Source of the DNA: Lewinellaceae bacterium
GTDB lineage: Bacteria; Bacteroidota; Bacteroidia; Chitinophagales; Saprospiraceae
NCBI GenBank assembly: GCA_016719605.1
Contig: JADJYW010000029.1
Coordinates: 260,612 to 324,611, forward strand
DNA length: 64,000 nt
Reading direction: 5' to 3'
Positions 10,031 to 20,802 of this stretch are shown here, in pieces. The notes under the pieces are model-generated. The model did not search any database, was not told the DNA's origin, and was given only the letters and a program-made list of their open reading frames with translations. Within the stretch, counting starts at the first letter, position 1; each line of letters begins with the position of its first letter. The position numbers and the translations under genes are program-made.

Positions 10031-11356
10031 ATGCACCGTATTTTACTAAAAACGCTCTTGCTGGCCGGCATAAGCGTTTGGGGACAAACGACCCCGCTCA
10101 CCGCGCAAGCCCCTGTTCGCCTGGCCGAATGTGTCCAGTACGCACTGGACAACAACCCGCAAATGAAGATCGCCAACCTTCAGATCGCCGACGCCGACTG
10201 GCAGATCAAGGAGAACACCGCCACCGGGCTGCCGCAACTTTCCGCCAGCATCGGCTACCAGTACTTCATCCAGCGGCCCGGCATTCCGGCCAGCGCACTG
10301 GGTTTCGGTACCAGCGATGAAAAAATTGCTTTCAGTGCCCTGCACAACCTCACGCCGAGCATTTCCCTCAACCAGCTGCTGTTTAGCAACTCTTACCTGA
10401 CTGCCCTGAAGGCCGCCCGGTACTACCGTCAGTATGTACAACAACAATTAACCGTTGCCCAAAAAACACTCCGCGATCAAGTGACCGATGCCTACCTCCC
10501 GGCCTTGCTCATCGCCGAAAACCTGAAGGTGCTGGACAAAAACATCGGCAACCTCGAACAACTGCTCCGCGAAACCACAGCCACTACGGCTGCCGGTTTT
10601 GCGGAGCAACTCGATGTAGACCGCCTCCAACTGGCACTTTCCAGCCTGCGTACCGAACGCGACAACCTGGCCCGACAGCGCGATGTCGTGGTCAATGCCC
10701 TCAAAATGACGATGGGTATGCCGGTGAAACAGGAACTCAACCTGGCTGATGACCTGCCCACCCTGCTCGCCGGATATACCGATACCGACATTGCTGCCGA
10801 ACTGAACTACACGAACCGCCCGGAGTACGTCGCGCTGCTCAAAGGCCGCGAACTGAGCATGCTCCAAATGGACCTCTATCGCAAGCCCTGGATGCCCACC
10901 GTTGCCGCTTTTGTGCAGTACCAGCCGGGCTGGCAAGGTGCATTCGCCAACGATACCAAGTGGTATTTTATCCCCTCGGCGGTAGCAGGCTTGTCGGTCA
11001 GTATCCCGATCTGGGACGGTGGCGGCACCAGAGCCAAACGCGAACGGGCTATTATCGCCGTGCAAACGGTAGATGCCCAAAAAGAAATGCTGGAAAATGC
11101 ATTCGCCCTCGAACACGAGAACGCCCGCAAACAATTTATCAACGCCACCGAGCGGACGAAAAGCCGGCAACAAAACCTCGACCTCGCGCAGCGTATTTAC
11201 AATACTACCCAAACGAAATACAAAGCGGGCGTAGGCTCCAGCTTCGAATTGGTCAGCGCCGAACAACAACTTTTCAGCGCCCAGCAAGCCCTCATGCAAG
11301 CCCAATACGACCTGCTGGCGGCCAAGGTGGCTTTGAAAAAAGCCCTCGGAAACTAA
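10031..11356 (+). CDS. TolC-family outer-membrane efflux protein
   Basis: 441 aa with a signal peptide and two repeated coiled-coil/beta modules (LAECVQYALDNNPQMKIANLQI ... AQYDLLAAKVALKKALG) characteristic of the TolC/OprM family. Efflux operon context. Confidence 0.85.
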   Translation: MHRILLKTLLLAGISVWGQTTPLTAQAPVRLAECVQYALDNNPQMKIANLQIADADWQIKENTATGLPQLSASIGYQYFIQRPGIPASALGFGTSDEKIAFSALHNLTPSISLNQLLFSNSYLTALKAARYYRQYVQQQLTVAQKTLRDQVTDAYLPALLIAENLKVLDKNIGNLEQLLRETTATTAAGFAEQLDVDRLQLALSSLRTERDNLARQRDVVVNALKMTMGMPVKQELNLADDLPTLLAGYTDTDIAAELNYTNRPEYVALLKGRELSMLQMDLYRKPWMPTVAAFVQYQPGWQGAFANDTKWYFIPSAVAGLSVSIPIWDGGGTRAKRERAIIAVQTVDAQKEMLENAFALEHENARKQFINATERTKSRQQNLDLAQRIYNTTQTKYKAGVGSSFELVSAEQQLFSAQQALMQAQYDLLAAKVALKKALGN

Positions 11357-11440
11357 GCCGCAACTTGCCATCCAGAAAAAACGTCCGCTCTGCGAAGGGG
11401 TAACCCAGGCCCCTGCGAAATGACAAAAACCAAACTCATC

Positions 11441-11505
11441 CAACCAGAAACCTTCCAACCAGAAACCCGCCAACCAGAAACCCGCCAACCAGCAACTTTT
11501 CAACC
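11441..11505. repeat. C/A-rich ~15-bp tandem repeat (CCAACCAGAAACCYK)n abutting the MFP start codon
   Basis: The sequence ccaaccagaaaccttccaaccagaaacccgccaaccagaaacccgccaaccagcaacttttcaaccaactc is read directly and ends 9 nt before ATG 11515. Confidence 0.8.
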
Positions 11506-11514
11506 AACTCAATT

Positions 11515-12639
11515 ATGAAACATACCACCCTCGTCACTGTATCCCTCCTGTTGCTGCTGTTTGCCGCTTGCGGCGGGCCTGCCCAGGACAAGGCCAAACA
11601 ATTGGCCACGCTAAAAGAACAAAAATCAGAACTGGAGGCACAAATTGCCCAACTTGAAAAAGAAGTCGGCCCTGCTACCGGCGGCCAGCAGCGCATCCGC
11701 ACCGTAGGCCTGACGGAACTGGCAGCACAGCCATTCCGCCATTTCATCGACCTGCAAGGTCGGGTGGATGCCGAGGACAATGTACCCGTCACGTCGAGGA
11801 TGCCCGGTACATTGGTGCGGGTATTGGTGAAAAACGGCGATTTCGTAAAAAAAGGCCAGTTGCTCGCTCAACTTGATGACGACGTCATGCTCAAAGGTTT
11901 GTCCGAACTCGAACTACAACTCAAGACCGCCGAGGATATTTACAACCGGCAAAAAGGCTTGTGGGATCAGAAGATCGGTACGGAAATCCAGTTTATACAG
12001 GCAAAAACCAACAAAGAAGCCGTGGAGCAACGTATCGCCACCACGAAGGAACAAATGCAGCAAAGCAAAATCTACGCGCCAATTGGCGGCACGGTGGATA
12101 TGGTGATGCTGAAAACCGGCCAGGCGATTGCTCCCGGTGTTCCGCTTTGCAACATTGTGAATCTGAGCCAGCTCAAAATCACGGGCGACGTACCGGAGGC
12201 GTATGCCGCCAAAGTGAAACAGGGTTTGCCGGTGCAGATTTTCTTCCCCGATCTCGACAAGGAAGTTGCTTCGCGGGTAACGTATGTGAGCAAGAGCATC
12301 AACCCGACGAACCGCACGTTTACGGTAGAGTGTGCATTGCCTGCCAGTGGATCGGACTACCGCGCCAACATGATCGCGGTGATGAAAATTATAGACTACC
12401 AAAACCCCAAAGCCATTGTGGTGCCGGTCAACCTGATCCAGACGGCGGAGGGCGGCGAGTTTGTACTGGCTGCGGATGCAAGTGGCGAAGGCAACAAAGC
12501 CACCGTGCGCAAAGTCGCAATTACGCAAGGACGCAACTACAACGGCATGGTCGAAATCAGCAGTGGCCTCAAAGCGGGCGACCGGGTGATTTCCACAGGG
12601 TTTCAGGATGTGAACGGGGGGGAGACGGTGCTGTTTTAG
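11515..12639 (+). CDS. efflux RND transporter periplasmic adaptor subunit (MFP/HlyD family)
   Basis: Lipoprotein-like N-terminus (LLLLFAACGG), a coiled-coil hairpin, and barrel-sandwich motifs (IYAPIGGTVDMVMLKTGQAIAPG). It sits between the TolC and RND genes. Confidence 0.85.
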   Translation: MKHTTLVTVSLLLLLFAACGGPAQDKAKQLATLKEQKSELEAQIAQLEKEVGPATGGQQRIRTVGLTELAAQPFRHFIDLQGRVDAEDNVPVTSRMPGTLVRVLVKNGDFVKKGQLLAQLDDDVMLKGLSELELQLKTAEDIYNRQKGLWDQKIGTEIQFIQAKTNKEAVEQRIATTKEQMQQSKIYAPIGGTVDMVMLKTGQAIAPGVPLCNIVNLSQLKITGDVPEAYAAKVKQGLPVQIFFPDLDKEVASRVTYVSKSINPTNRTFTVECALPASGSDYRANMIAVMKIIDYQNPKAIVVPVNLIQTAEGGEFVLAADASGEGNKATVRKVAITQGRNYNGMVEISSGLKAGDRVISTGFQDVNGGETVLF

Positions 12640-12687
12640 GCAGCGGCAGATTTGATTTTAAGAACTTTCGGGTTGGCAAAACACGCT

Positions 12688-12999
12688 CTATGTGGCAGCC
12701 ACAACTTTTCTTTGTTGGGCGCGGAGAGATTCTCCTGCAGACACCAGCCCTTGAAGTTGCGGCTCAAGTTTTTCAAAGGACTCATCAGACATCGCAGGAA
12801 CGTGCGATGCGATTCGCGAAAGATTGTCAACCTGACGTTTCCAGAGTTTTTCAAATGCCAATGTTTTGGCGGACTCTGATGGCAGGCTTTCGATAAAAGG
12901 TTTCCATTCGTCAAGAAAAAATGCTTCAACATTATCCGGAGACAGGGCCATTAACCGATCCAGCAGTTGCTCAATTTGTTCACTAATTGCTTTTTTCAT
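12688..12999 (-). CDS. hypothetical small helical protein (downstream gene of a 2-gene cassette)
   Basis: Track ORF 12688..13056, trimmed to ATG 12999 (MKKAISEQIEQLLDRL...). It overlaps the stop of the upstream small ORF by 17 nt and lies in a visibly A+T-richer stretch antisense to the efflux operon. No family recognised. Confidence 0.4.
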   Translation of the reverse strand: MKKAISEQIEQLLDRLMALSPDNVEAFFLDEWKPFIESLPSESAKTLAFEKLWKRQVDNLSRIASHVPAMSDESFEKLEPQLQGLVSAGESLRAQQRKVVAAT

Positions 13000-13186
13000 G
13001 CTTACGGCGTTCGATTTCTTTTTGAATGAGTAAAATTTTGTCCAAGGCTTCGTCAATCATAGATCGGATCGTTTGGCTGGAATACTTTTCAAAGCCGTAT
13101 TGAGATTGGCCCAGCAAAAAAAGCACCCGCTTCTGGTGGGCATACAAGTTCTCTAAATCTCGATCGGACAGGTTTTTTAAGTCCAT
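12983..13186 (-). CDS. hypothetical small helical protein (upstream gene of a 2-gene cassette)
   Basis: 67-aa ORF (MDLKNLSDRDLENLYAHQKRVLFLLGQSQYGFEKY...). Its stop overlaps the start of the next ORF, consistent with translational coupling. No family recognised. Confidence 0.4.
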   Translation of the reverse strand: MDLKNLSDRDLENLYAHQKRVLFLLGQSQYGFEKYSSQTIRSMIDEALDKILLIQKEIERRKHEKSN

Positions 13187-13281
13187 ACTCCTCGTTTTGC
13201 TTTTGCAAATGTATCATTTTCCGACAAAAATAAAACCCCCTGAGTCCTGCCATTGACCAATTCACATAAGCACTTCCTAAA

Positions 13282-16200
13282 ATGAAAGAATTCAAACCAA
13301 CTTCCTGGTCTATTGATAACCGGACGAGCATTTTTATCATCACGGTGCTCATCACGCTCGCCGGCATCATGTCATACAATTCCCTGCCCAAAGAGCAGTT
13401 CCCTGATGTGGTTGTGCCCACCATTTTCGTCTCTACGGTCTATCCCGGCGCATCGCCGACCGACATGGAGCAACTCGTCACCAAGCCCATCGAGAAACAA
13501 CTCAAGGGCATTGCCGGGGTGAAAAAAGTGACCTCCTCGTCGGTGCAGGATTTTTCCAGCATCATCGTCGAGTTCAATACCAACCTGAACGTGGTGTTGT
13601 GTAAAGACAAGGTAAAGGACGCTGTGGATAAAGCCAAACGCGATCTGCCCAACGACCTGCTTGACGACCCGCAAATCACGGAATTCGATATCTCCGAAGT
13701 TCCGATTATGAACGTCAATATCTCGGGCGATTTCAGTTTGGACAAACTTAAGGACTACGCCGAAAAACTCAAGGGATCGCATTGAGGAAATGCGGGAAAT
13801 CACCCGCGTAGATTTGGTGGGCGCCCTGGACAAGGAAGTGCAAATCAACGTGGACAAGTATAAAATGTCTGCTGCGCAACTGACTTTCCGCGACATCGAG
13901 AACGCGGTCGCTTTCGAGAACATGACCATTTCTGCCGGCAACGTGGACATTGGCGGCATGACCCGCTCGATCTCCATTCGTGGCGATTTCAAGGATGTAG
14001 AGCAAATCAAAAACATCATTGTAGCCTCCCAGTCCGGCGCTCAAATGTTTCTCAAAGATGTAGCCGAGGTGAAAATGGGCTACGAAGAACAGGAAAGTTT
14101 CAGCCGCCTGAACGGCAAAAACGTCATCGCACTCAACGTCATCAAGCGCTCCGGCGAAAACCTCATCAACGCTTCCGACAAGATCAAGGAACTCGTGGAC
14201 GAGATGAAAACCTCCGAGTTCCCGCCGAATCTCGATGTGGTCATCACCGGCGACCAAAGTAACGCCACGCGCGTCACGCTGCACGACCTCATCAACACCA
14301 TCATCATCGGTTTTATCCTCGTCACCATCATCCTCATGTTTTTCATGGGAGGCACCAATGCTATTTTCGTAGCCATGTCGGTGCCCCTGTCCATGTGCAT
14401 TGCGTTCATGCTGTTGCCGGCATTCGGTTTCACCCTGAACATGATCGTGCTTTTTGCTTTTTTGCTCGGACTGGGTATTGTGGTGGATGATGCCATTGTG
14501 GTGATAGAAAACACGCACCGGGTGTACAATGACGAAAAATTAGACATCGTCACGGCTGCCAAAAAGGCCACATCGGAGGTTTTCCTGCCCGTGCTCTCCG
14601 GTACCGCCACTACCCTGGCGCCGTTTTTTCCGCTTGTATTTTGGGGGGGTATTTTCGGCAAGTTCATGCACTTCTTGCCGGTTACGATTATCATCACGCT
14701 CACGGCCTCGCTGTTGGTAGCCTACATCATCAATCCGGTGTTTGCCGTGTGGTTTATGCGCCGTGATGGCGACGATTCGATAAAAACCGACCCGAAAAAA
14801 GCCCGCCGCCGCACCATAGCCGGCTATGTGCTCTACGGGTTGGCACTTGTTTATTTTTATGCCAATAGTAACTGGTTTGCAGGTAACCTTCTGGTTGTTT
14901 TGGCGCTGCTCATCGTGCTGTACCGGTTTGTATTGCAGGGCTTGGTGGAGCGTTTTCAAACCAAAGCCTGGCCCGCTGTTCAGAACATTTATGCGCGTTT
15001 CCTCGATTTCGCCCTTGGGCGTCCATGGACAATGCTGGTGGGTATGTTTGTTTTGCTCATCGGTTCCTGCGGTATCACCGCTTCGCGGGAAGCCAACATC
15101 GTGCTCTTTCCCAAGGCCGACCCAAACTTTATCTACGTCTATCTGAATATGCCTGTCGGCACCGATGTAAACGTCACCGATTCGCTCACCAAAGTCATGG
15201 AGCGCAAAGTGGTGGAAGTGCTCGGGGCGAACAATCCCATCGTGGAATCCGTCATTTCCAATGTGGCACTGAATGCTTCGGAGGATCAATTCGACCGTTC
15301 GGCTACTTCCAACAAGGGCAAGGTCGGTGTGGCGTTTGTTGAGTACGGCAAACGCAACGGCGTGAGCACCAAGGCATACATGGACGAAATTCGGGAGGCC
15401 ACCCACGGTATTATTCCAGGCGCCGAAATCACGGTGGATCAGGAATCGGGGGGGCCGCCGACACCGAAACCAATTTCTGTGGAAATCCGCGGCGACGACT
15501 TCGCCCAGCTCAGCAAGGTATCTATGGCGGTGAAACGCTACTTAGATTCCCTGGCGATCCCCGGTGTGGAAGAATTGCGCAGCGACCTCATTGTGTCCAA
15601 GCCCGAAATCAACATACAGATTGACCGCGAGCGCGCCAACCGCGAAGGCATCAGCACGGCCCAGATCGGCACCGAGTTCCGCACGGCTATCCTCGGCAAA
15701 GAAGCCAGCAAATTCCGCGACGGCGAGGATGAACTGCCCATCAACATCCGCCTGCAAAAGACCAGCGCGAGAATATCAATTCCGTGGAAAACCTCAACAT
15801 TACGTTCCGCGATATGAACATGGGCGGTGTGTTGCGCTCTGTCCCCATGTCCGCTCTGGCAGATGTGGCCTACCGGAATACGTTTGCCGGCATCCGCCGC
15901 ATGGATCAGCAGCGAATGGTGACGCTTTCGTCCAACATTACCGCCGAGTACCAACCCAAACAAACTCAGGTGGTGAATGCCGTGAAAGCTGCCCTGCTTG
16001 CCTTGCCCAGTACGATGGGGTCACGGTCAGTTTTGCCGGCGAAGACGCCGAAATGATGGATGCCATGAGTTTTCTGGGCAACTCGCTCATTATCTCGCTG
16101 TTCATTATCCTGCTCATTCTCGTCACGCAGTTCAACTCGTTTGGCAAAGCCCTCATCATCATGACCGAGGTAGCCTTTTCCATCATTGGTGTGCTGCTCG

Positions 16201-16634
16201 GCATGGCCATTTTTAATATGGATTTTTCCGTGATCATGATGGGCGTGGGTATCGTTGCTCTCGCTGGTATTGTGGTGCGAAACGGTATTCTGATGGTCGA
16301 GTTTACCGACCATTTGCGCGCCGGAGGAACACCCGTGCGCGAGGCCATCATCGAAGCGGGTCGTATCCGGATGACCCCGGTGCTGCTCACCGCCACGGCT
16401 ACTATCCTCGGCCTTGTTCCGCTGGCGGTAGGTTTCAATATTGACTTCGAGAGCCTGCTGACGCATGGTGATCCCAAGATATTCTTCGGCGGTGACTCCG
16501 TTTCGTTCTGGGGGCCGTTGTCCTGGACAATTGTGTTCGGCCTGAGTTTCGCCACGTTTATCACACTGGTCATCCTGCCGGTCATGTACCTCAAGGGTTG
16601 GCAGATGAAGCAGTGGTGGGACAAGAAGATGTAA
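13282..16634 (+). pseudogene. RND efflux permease (AcrB/CzcA family), reading frame broken three times as assembled
   Basis: Four collinear ORF pieces (13282-13785, 13790-15817, 15784-16056, and the C-terminal part of 15564-16634) join into one RND permease. The first junction reads ...DYAEKLK|DRIEEMREITRVDLVGA.... Single-base indels lie in the G-run 13773-13775 (+1), at 15756-15760 (-1) and in the C-run 16006-16008 (-1). Confidence 0.85.
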
Positions 16635-16649
16635 GGATACGTTTGCCGA

Positions 16650-16759
16650 GGAAAGGAAGGGGGCAAAAGGGTAATGTGAGATTTTTGTTCAAATTCACTG
16701 CAGAAGCGGAGACACCGAGAGCATTGCTCCGCGTCTCCTTACCCTTTTGCCCCCCTTCC
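16650..16759. repeat. inverted-repeat element between convergent genes (probable bidirectional terminator / REP-like)
   Basis: Arm ggaagggggcaaaagggtaa (about 16655-16674) pairs with ttacccttttgccccccttcc (16739-16759). An inner hairpin contains ctccgcgtctcc, and a related gacgcggag core recurs at 33503-33606. Confidence 0.6.
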
Positions 16760-16761
16760 GC

Positions 16762-17508
16762 CTACTCCTCAAAAAACCGGATGGCACGCTCCTGCAGCGG
16801 CCGCAGCGGACGGGAGTTTTCGTGCATGACCGTCTCGAAATGATGGATTTGTTCCGAGGACGCTTCCACTGGTTGTGCCAGTACATACCAAATGACGTTT
16901 TGGGTACAGGGCGGCGTGGTGAGTGAGCCCGGATAGGTGTAATAACTCCGGTTGGTCGGCAGCACGTCTGCGGGATTGTATTGTTCAGATGACTCGTAGT
17001 GTGGACTGCTGCTCGTAGGCAGATGATCCATGAATGCACTCAGGAACGCATTTTCTGCCCCTTCTTCAAACAATACCCCCACAACCACCCGATTTCCCGT
17101 AGCAACATGCTGATGCACCAAATGTAATTCCAGGGGGGCATGGACGCCCTCTATGGCGTGCTCGCTGTGCGTGTGGAAATGGAACTGGAGCAACTTGTAC
17201 GACGCTCCGTTCAGGTTGAGTGTGCTGTTGCCTTTTTCCGTATCAAACTCGATCGTGTGCCCGTTGAACACGATATCGGTTTCAAGGTCGGTGTATTGGA
17301 GGGCAAGGGCCTTCAGCGACGCGTCGAACAACGCGCCCGTAAGATTCACAGGAGACTGGAAAATACCATTGCAATCAGCATAGTCGTCGCAGAGCGACAT
17401 CCAGTGGTCAGGGCCGGTCACGCCTTCGTACTCCCATTTTTCGCACACGTCGTCCACCGGTTCGTCGTCTTTGCAGGAAAATACAAACAGGAGGAGGAAG
17501 GCCAGCAT
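16762..17508 (-). CDS. alpha-class carbonic anhydrase (lipoprotein-like signal)
   Basis: Motifs SPVNL, LLQFHFHTHSEHAIEG, LELHLVH and YYTYPGSLTTPPCTQNVIWYVL are classic alpha-CA. ATG 17508 (MLAFLLLFVFSC) is preferred within track ORF 16762..17601. Confidence 0.8.
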   Translation of the reverse strand: MLAFLLLFVFSCKDDEPVDDVCEKWEYEGVTGPDHWMSLCDDYADCNGIFQSPVNLTGALFDASLKALALQYTDLETDIVFNGHTIEFDTEKGNSTLNLNGASYKLLQFHFHTHSEHAIEGVHAPLELHLVHQHVATGNRVVVGVLFEEGAENAFLSAFMDHLPTSSSPHYESSEQYNPADVLPTNRSYYTYPGSLTTPPCTQNVIWYVLAQPVEASSEQIHHFETVMHENSRPLRPLQERAIRFFEE

Positions 17509-17666
17509 GGCCAGGCGCCAGATGGCGGCGGGTTGGGTATTTTGAATGTTGTCATAGAGATGATAAGTTGATAGGTGAGAACAGAGCAAAAGTGCGCTCA
17601 CCCCAAGTGACCATTTCCGTCAACTTTGTAGCATTTTCCATCAAAGTGCGTGAGCAAGGAACACCA

Positions 17667-20662
17667 TCACTTCCCCACTACCTCCGACGGCAGCTTCCCG
17701 AACCGCTGCCGGAAAGCTCGCGAAAAGGAACGGGCATCGTCGTAGCCTACCCGGGAGGCTACTTGCGCGACGGAATCGAAGACGCGGTTTTCCAGCAGGC
17801 GACGGGCTTCGATCAGGCGCACTTCCAACAGGTATTGTATCGGCGGCAAGCCCGTGAGGCGCTTCAACTGCCGCAGCAGCGTGGACTCGCTCATAGCGAA
17901 TACGCGGGCCAAATCGGCAATGCTCAGAATATCGCTGGAAAGATGCTGCCGGACGTACTCCTCAAAAGTTTCGAGCCATTGCTGGTCGGGCTGCGGCAAG
18001 GATGGGTTGGCGGCCGATGGCTCGACGGCAATAGCAGCTGCGGCTTGTCTGTTCGCGGCGTTGCGCAGCAGGTTTTCGATGCGGGCAAGCAGTTCCTCCT
18101 CGTCGAAAGGCTTGAGCAGGTAGTCGTCCACGCCGATGCGCAGCGCTTTCAGTTTGTCCTGCGCTTCCGCCCGCGCGGTGAGCATGACGACCGGAATATG
18201 CCGGGTAGCCTCGTTGGATTTGAGTTGTTCGAGCAGCCGGTAGCCATCCATAACCGGCATCATGAGGTCGGAGAGGATCAACCCCACCCCCGGCCCCGAC
18301 CCTAATGGGAGGGGAGCCGTAGAGGATACCGTGGTGTTTGCCGCGTCTCCCTTTCTGGTTTGGGAGGGCCAGGGAGGAGCCGAGCGCGGAGGGTACTGCA
18401 CCGGATCAACTTCCGGTTTTCCCGGTTTCCCCCTAAAACGTCCAAAGCCGCCTGCCCGTGGTCGGCGGTGACGACGTGGTATTTTTCCTGCAAAATGGTC
18501 CGGATAGAATCCTGGAGGTCGAGATTATCCTCCACGACAAGAATGGTAGGTTTGGCTCCGGTGGAGATTTCCGACGGGACAGGTGTGGTGTGGCCGGCGC
18601 CGGCGGTTGGAAGAACGTAATGATTCGCGTGATCGGGTTCCGCAAGCGCTTCGGTTTCCGACCGGGCAACCGGGAATGCCACCCGGAGAACAGAACCTTT
18701 GCCAAGTATACTTTCCACCTCGATGGTTCCGCCAAACAGTTGCGCGTAGTCGTGGCAAAGCGCCAGCCCGATGCCGGTGCCGCCCTCGGCGGGCTTATCG
18801 GGGCGAGTGGTCTGAAAGTAGCGATCGAACAAGTGCGGCAGGTCGTCGGGGTGGATGCCCGGGCCGGTATCGGCTACGCGCAGGTGCAGCATACCGGCTT
18901 CGACCGATACGGCTGTCTCGATACGGCCACCGTTCGGGGTGAATTTGAAGGCATTGGCGAGCAGGTTGAACAGGATTTGGCGGAATTTTTCCTGATCGAG
19001 CAACACTGCAGGTGTGTTTTGCGGCGGCAATTCAACGGAGAAGTCAATTTGCTTGCGTTCGGCCAACGACTCAAATTGGGCGCAATAGGTGCGGACGAAA
19101 GCCGACAACCCGGTAGGTTTAGGGTGCAACACCAGATGCCCTTGCTCCAGTTTGCGCAGGTCGAGGATGTCGTTGACGAGTTGTTCCAGTTGCTTACCAC
19201 TTTGCCCGGCCATTTGCAGCAGGCGCACTTGTTTGTCGGTCAGTTGGCCATCTTTCAGCAGGGTATGGATGGGGCCGAGCAGCAGGGTGAGCGGGGTGCG
19301 CAGTTCGTGGGAGACGTTGGCAAAGAAGCGGGATTTGGCGGTGTCGAGGGATTTCAGTTGTTCGGCTTGTTGCTGGATGAGGGTGTTTTGGACGGCTAAT
19401 GCCCGTTTGTCCTGCCGTTGTTTTTGATACCCGAAGAAAAGGCCTATAGCCAAAAGCAAGATCAATATAAAGATGACCAGCGTGTAGCGGAGTTGGGTGT
19501 TTTTCAGGCTCAATTTCAGGTTCTGCTCTCTCTTATCGGCTTCCAGTTGATCTTTTTCCTGTTGGAGGTAATAGTTTTTTAAATTAAAACCGGCACTTCT
19601 TTCTTCGAATGCTTCTTTATGGAAATACTGTTTTTTAGTGTACGCCAGCGCCTCTTCAAAGCGCCCTTCCTGCTCAGCGATGTAGGCCTTCCATTCAAAT
19701 GTACCGACTAATAAGTCGTCTATTTTTTGTTGTATCGCCCTGTTATGTGCCCGTTCCAGATAGGATTTTGCCAGTTTCCTGTTGCCCCTATCCCACTCCA
19801 ATTCGGTCAAGGCGTCCAGAATGTGGACTTCGATCCACGGTTGGGTGCCGTCTTCAGTTAATTTCAAGGCTTTTTGATAATTGATCTCCGCCTCAACAAT
19901 GTCTTTTTTAATCATGGCCAGCTTGGCTCGCCCTCGTGCAGCCGTTATCAATTTACCTAAAACAGCAGGCCGGATTGGATGGGCCACCGGCATTTTTCGA
20001 TCACAGCGATGTGTTTGTAAGCCTCTTCGTAGCGCCCGGCATCTATTTTCAAACGCAGCATTCGGGCATTCAGGTGGTAAATAGCCAAGGAATCACCCTT
20101 CCCTTCCGCTTCTGCCAGAAGCACGTCCATATCGGCCAGCACATCGCCCAATTTCCGGTCTTTTACACTTAGCTCCAGTTTGCTCATCCGCGCCTCCACT
20201 TGGGGGAAATAATGGCCTGATTGGTCAAACAGGGCGAGCGCCTTGTCAATATACACGGTGGCCAACCGGTTCATCCCCAGGGCACTGTAGTATCGGCTCA
20301 GATTCATATTCGATCCGCCCTCTTCTTTCAGGTCTTTTTGCATTCGGGCCACCTGCACCATTTCCTTGCATACGTCAATCGCTGCTGGAAGATTGAACTG
20401 CTGCTCCAAGCGGATCATGATGTTGTAGTAGTTCCGGCGAAGGCAGTCGAGGTCCTGACCGCAGTGGCCGCGAACCAATGTAAGTATAAATTGAACGGCT
20501 ATCGGGCGGTTGGCGTTCCAATTGGGCTTCGATACGAGACCAAAGCGTATCCCCGGCATCACCAGAGCGGGAATTCTGGGCGCCAAGGCCGCCCGCACCT
20601 GGAAGCGTGCATAAAATGGTTGTAGCAAACGCCACAATGCCCTGATAAATAATTCTTGTCAC
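17667..20662 (-). pseudogene. hybrid TPR sensor histidine kinase / receiver / AraC-type HTH regulator, frame broken as assembled
   Basis: Collinear pieces 19957-20637 (TPR-like) and 18302-19993 (TPR, TM, HisKA SHELRTPL, HATPase, start of the receiver TILVVEDN...ALDVL). Piece 17667-18401 completes the receiver (LILSDLMMPVMDGYRLL...DYLLKPF) and carries the AraC HTH. There is a one-base deletion in the T-run 19993-19997 and a 152-nt insertion at 18290-18441. The N-terminal boundary is uncertain. Confidence 0.7.
18290..18441. repeat. G/C-rich repeat-like insertion inside the receiver domain of the hybrid kinase
   Basis: 152 nt lie between the codons for ALDVL and LILSDLMMP, where receiver domains normally have only a few residues. 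The block contains cacccccggcccc (compare caccccccggccccc in the ileS inverted repeat). Confidence 0.5.
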
Positions 20663-20802
20663 GGTGGGTCCGATGCTGCTTCAAAAAATGGCAAACCGCT
20701 GCGAAATTGTGGAGACAAAGAACCGAAAAATTTATCGGCGGGCATCTAAAAGGAATCCCGGGATACTCGCACCCGGTTTTTAAAAAAAACACCTGTTCAA
20801 GT

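Noticed and set aside
11441-11505. The tandem repeats (also 38307-38360, 52223-52253, 41935-42150) as CRISPR arrays
   Set aside because: The units are 7-15 bp (or 54 bp within a CDS) and directly abut each other without unique spacers. No cas genes are present.
20375-20662. ORF 20375-20662 (-) as an independent gene
   Set aside because: Only its first ~25 residues (MTRIIYQGIVAFATTILCTLPGAGG) look like a signal or TM segment. The rest overlaps the TPR-like frame of the kinase, so it is more likely the true N-terminus of the kinase displaced by yet another indel. This remains unresolved.
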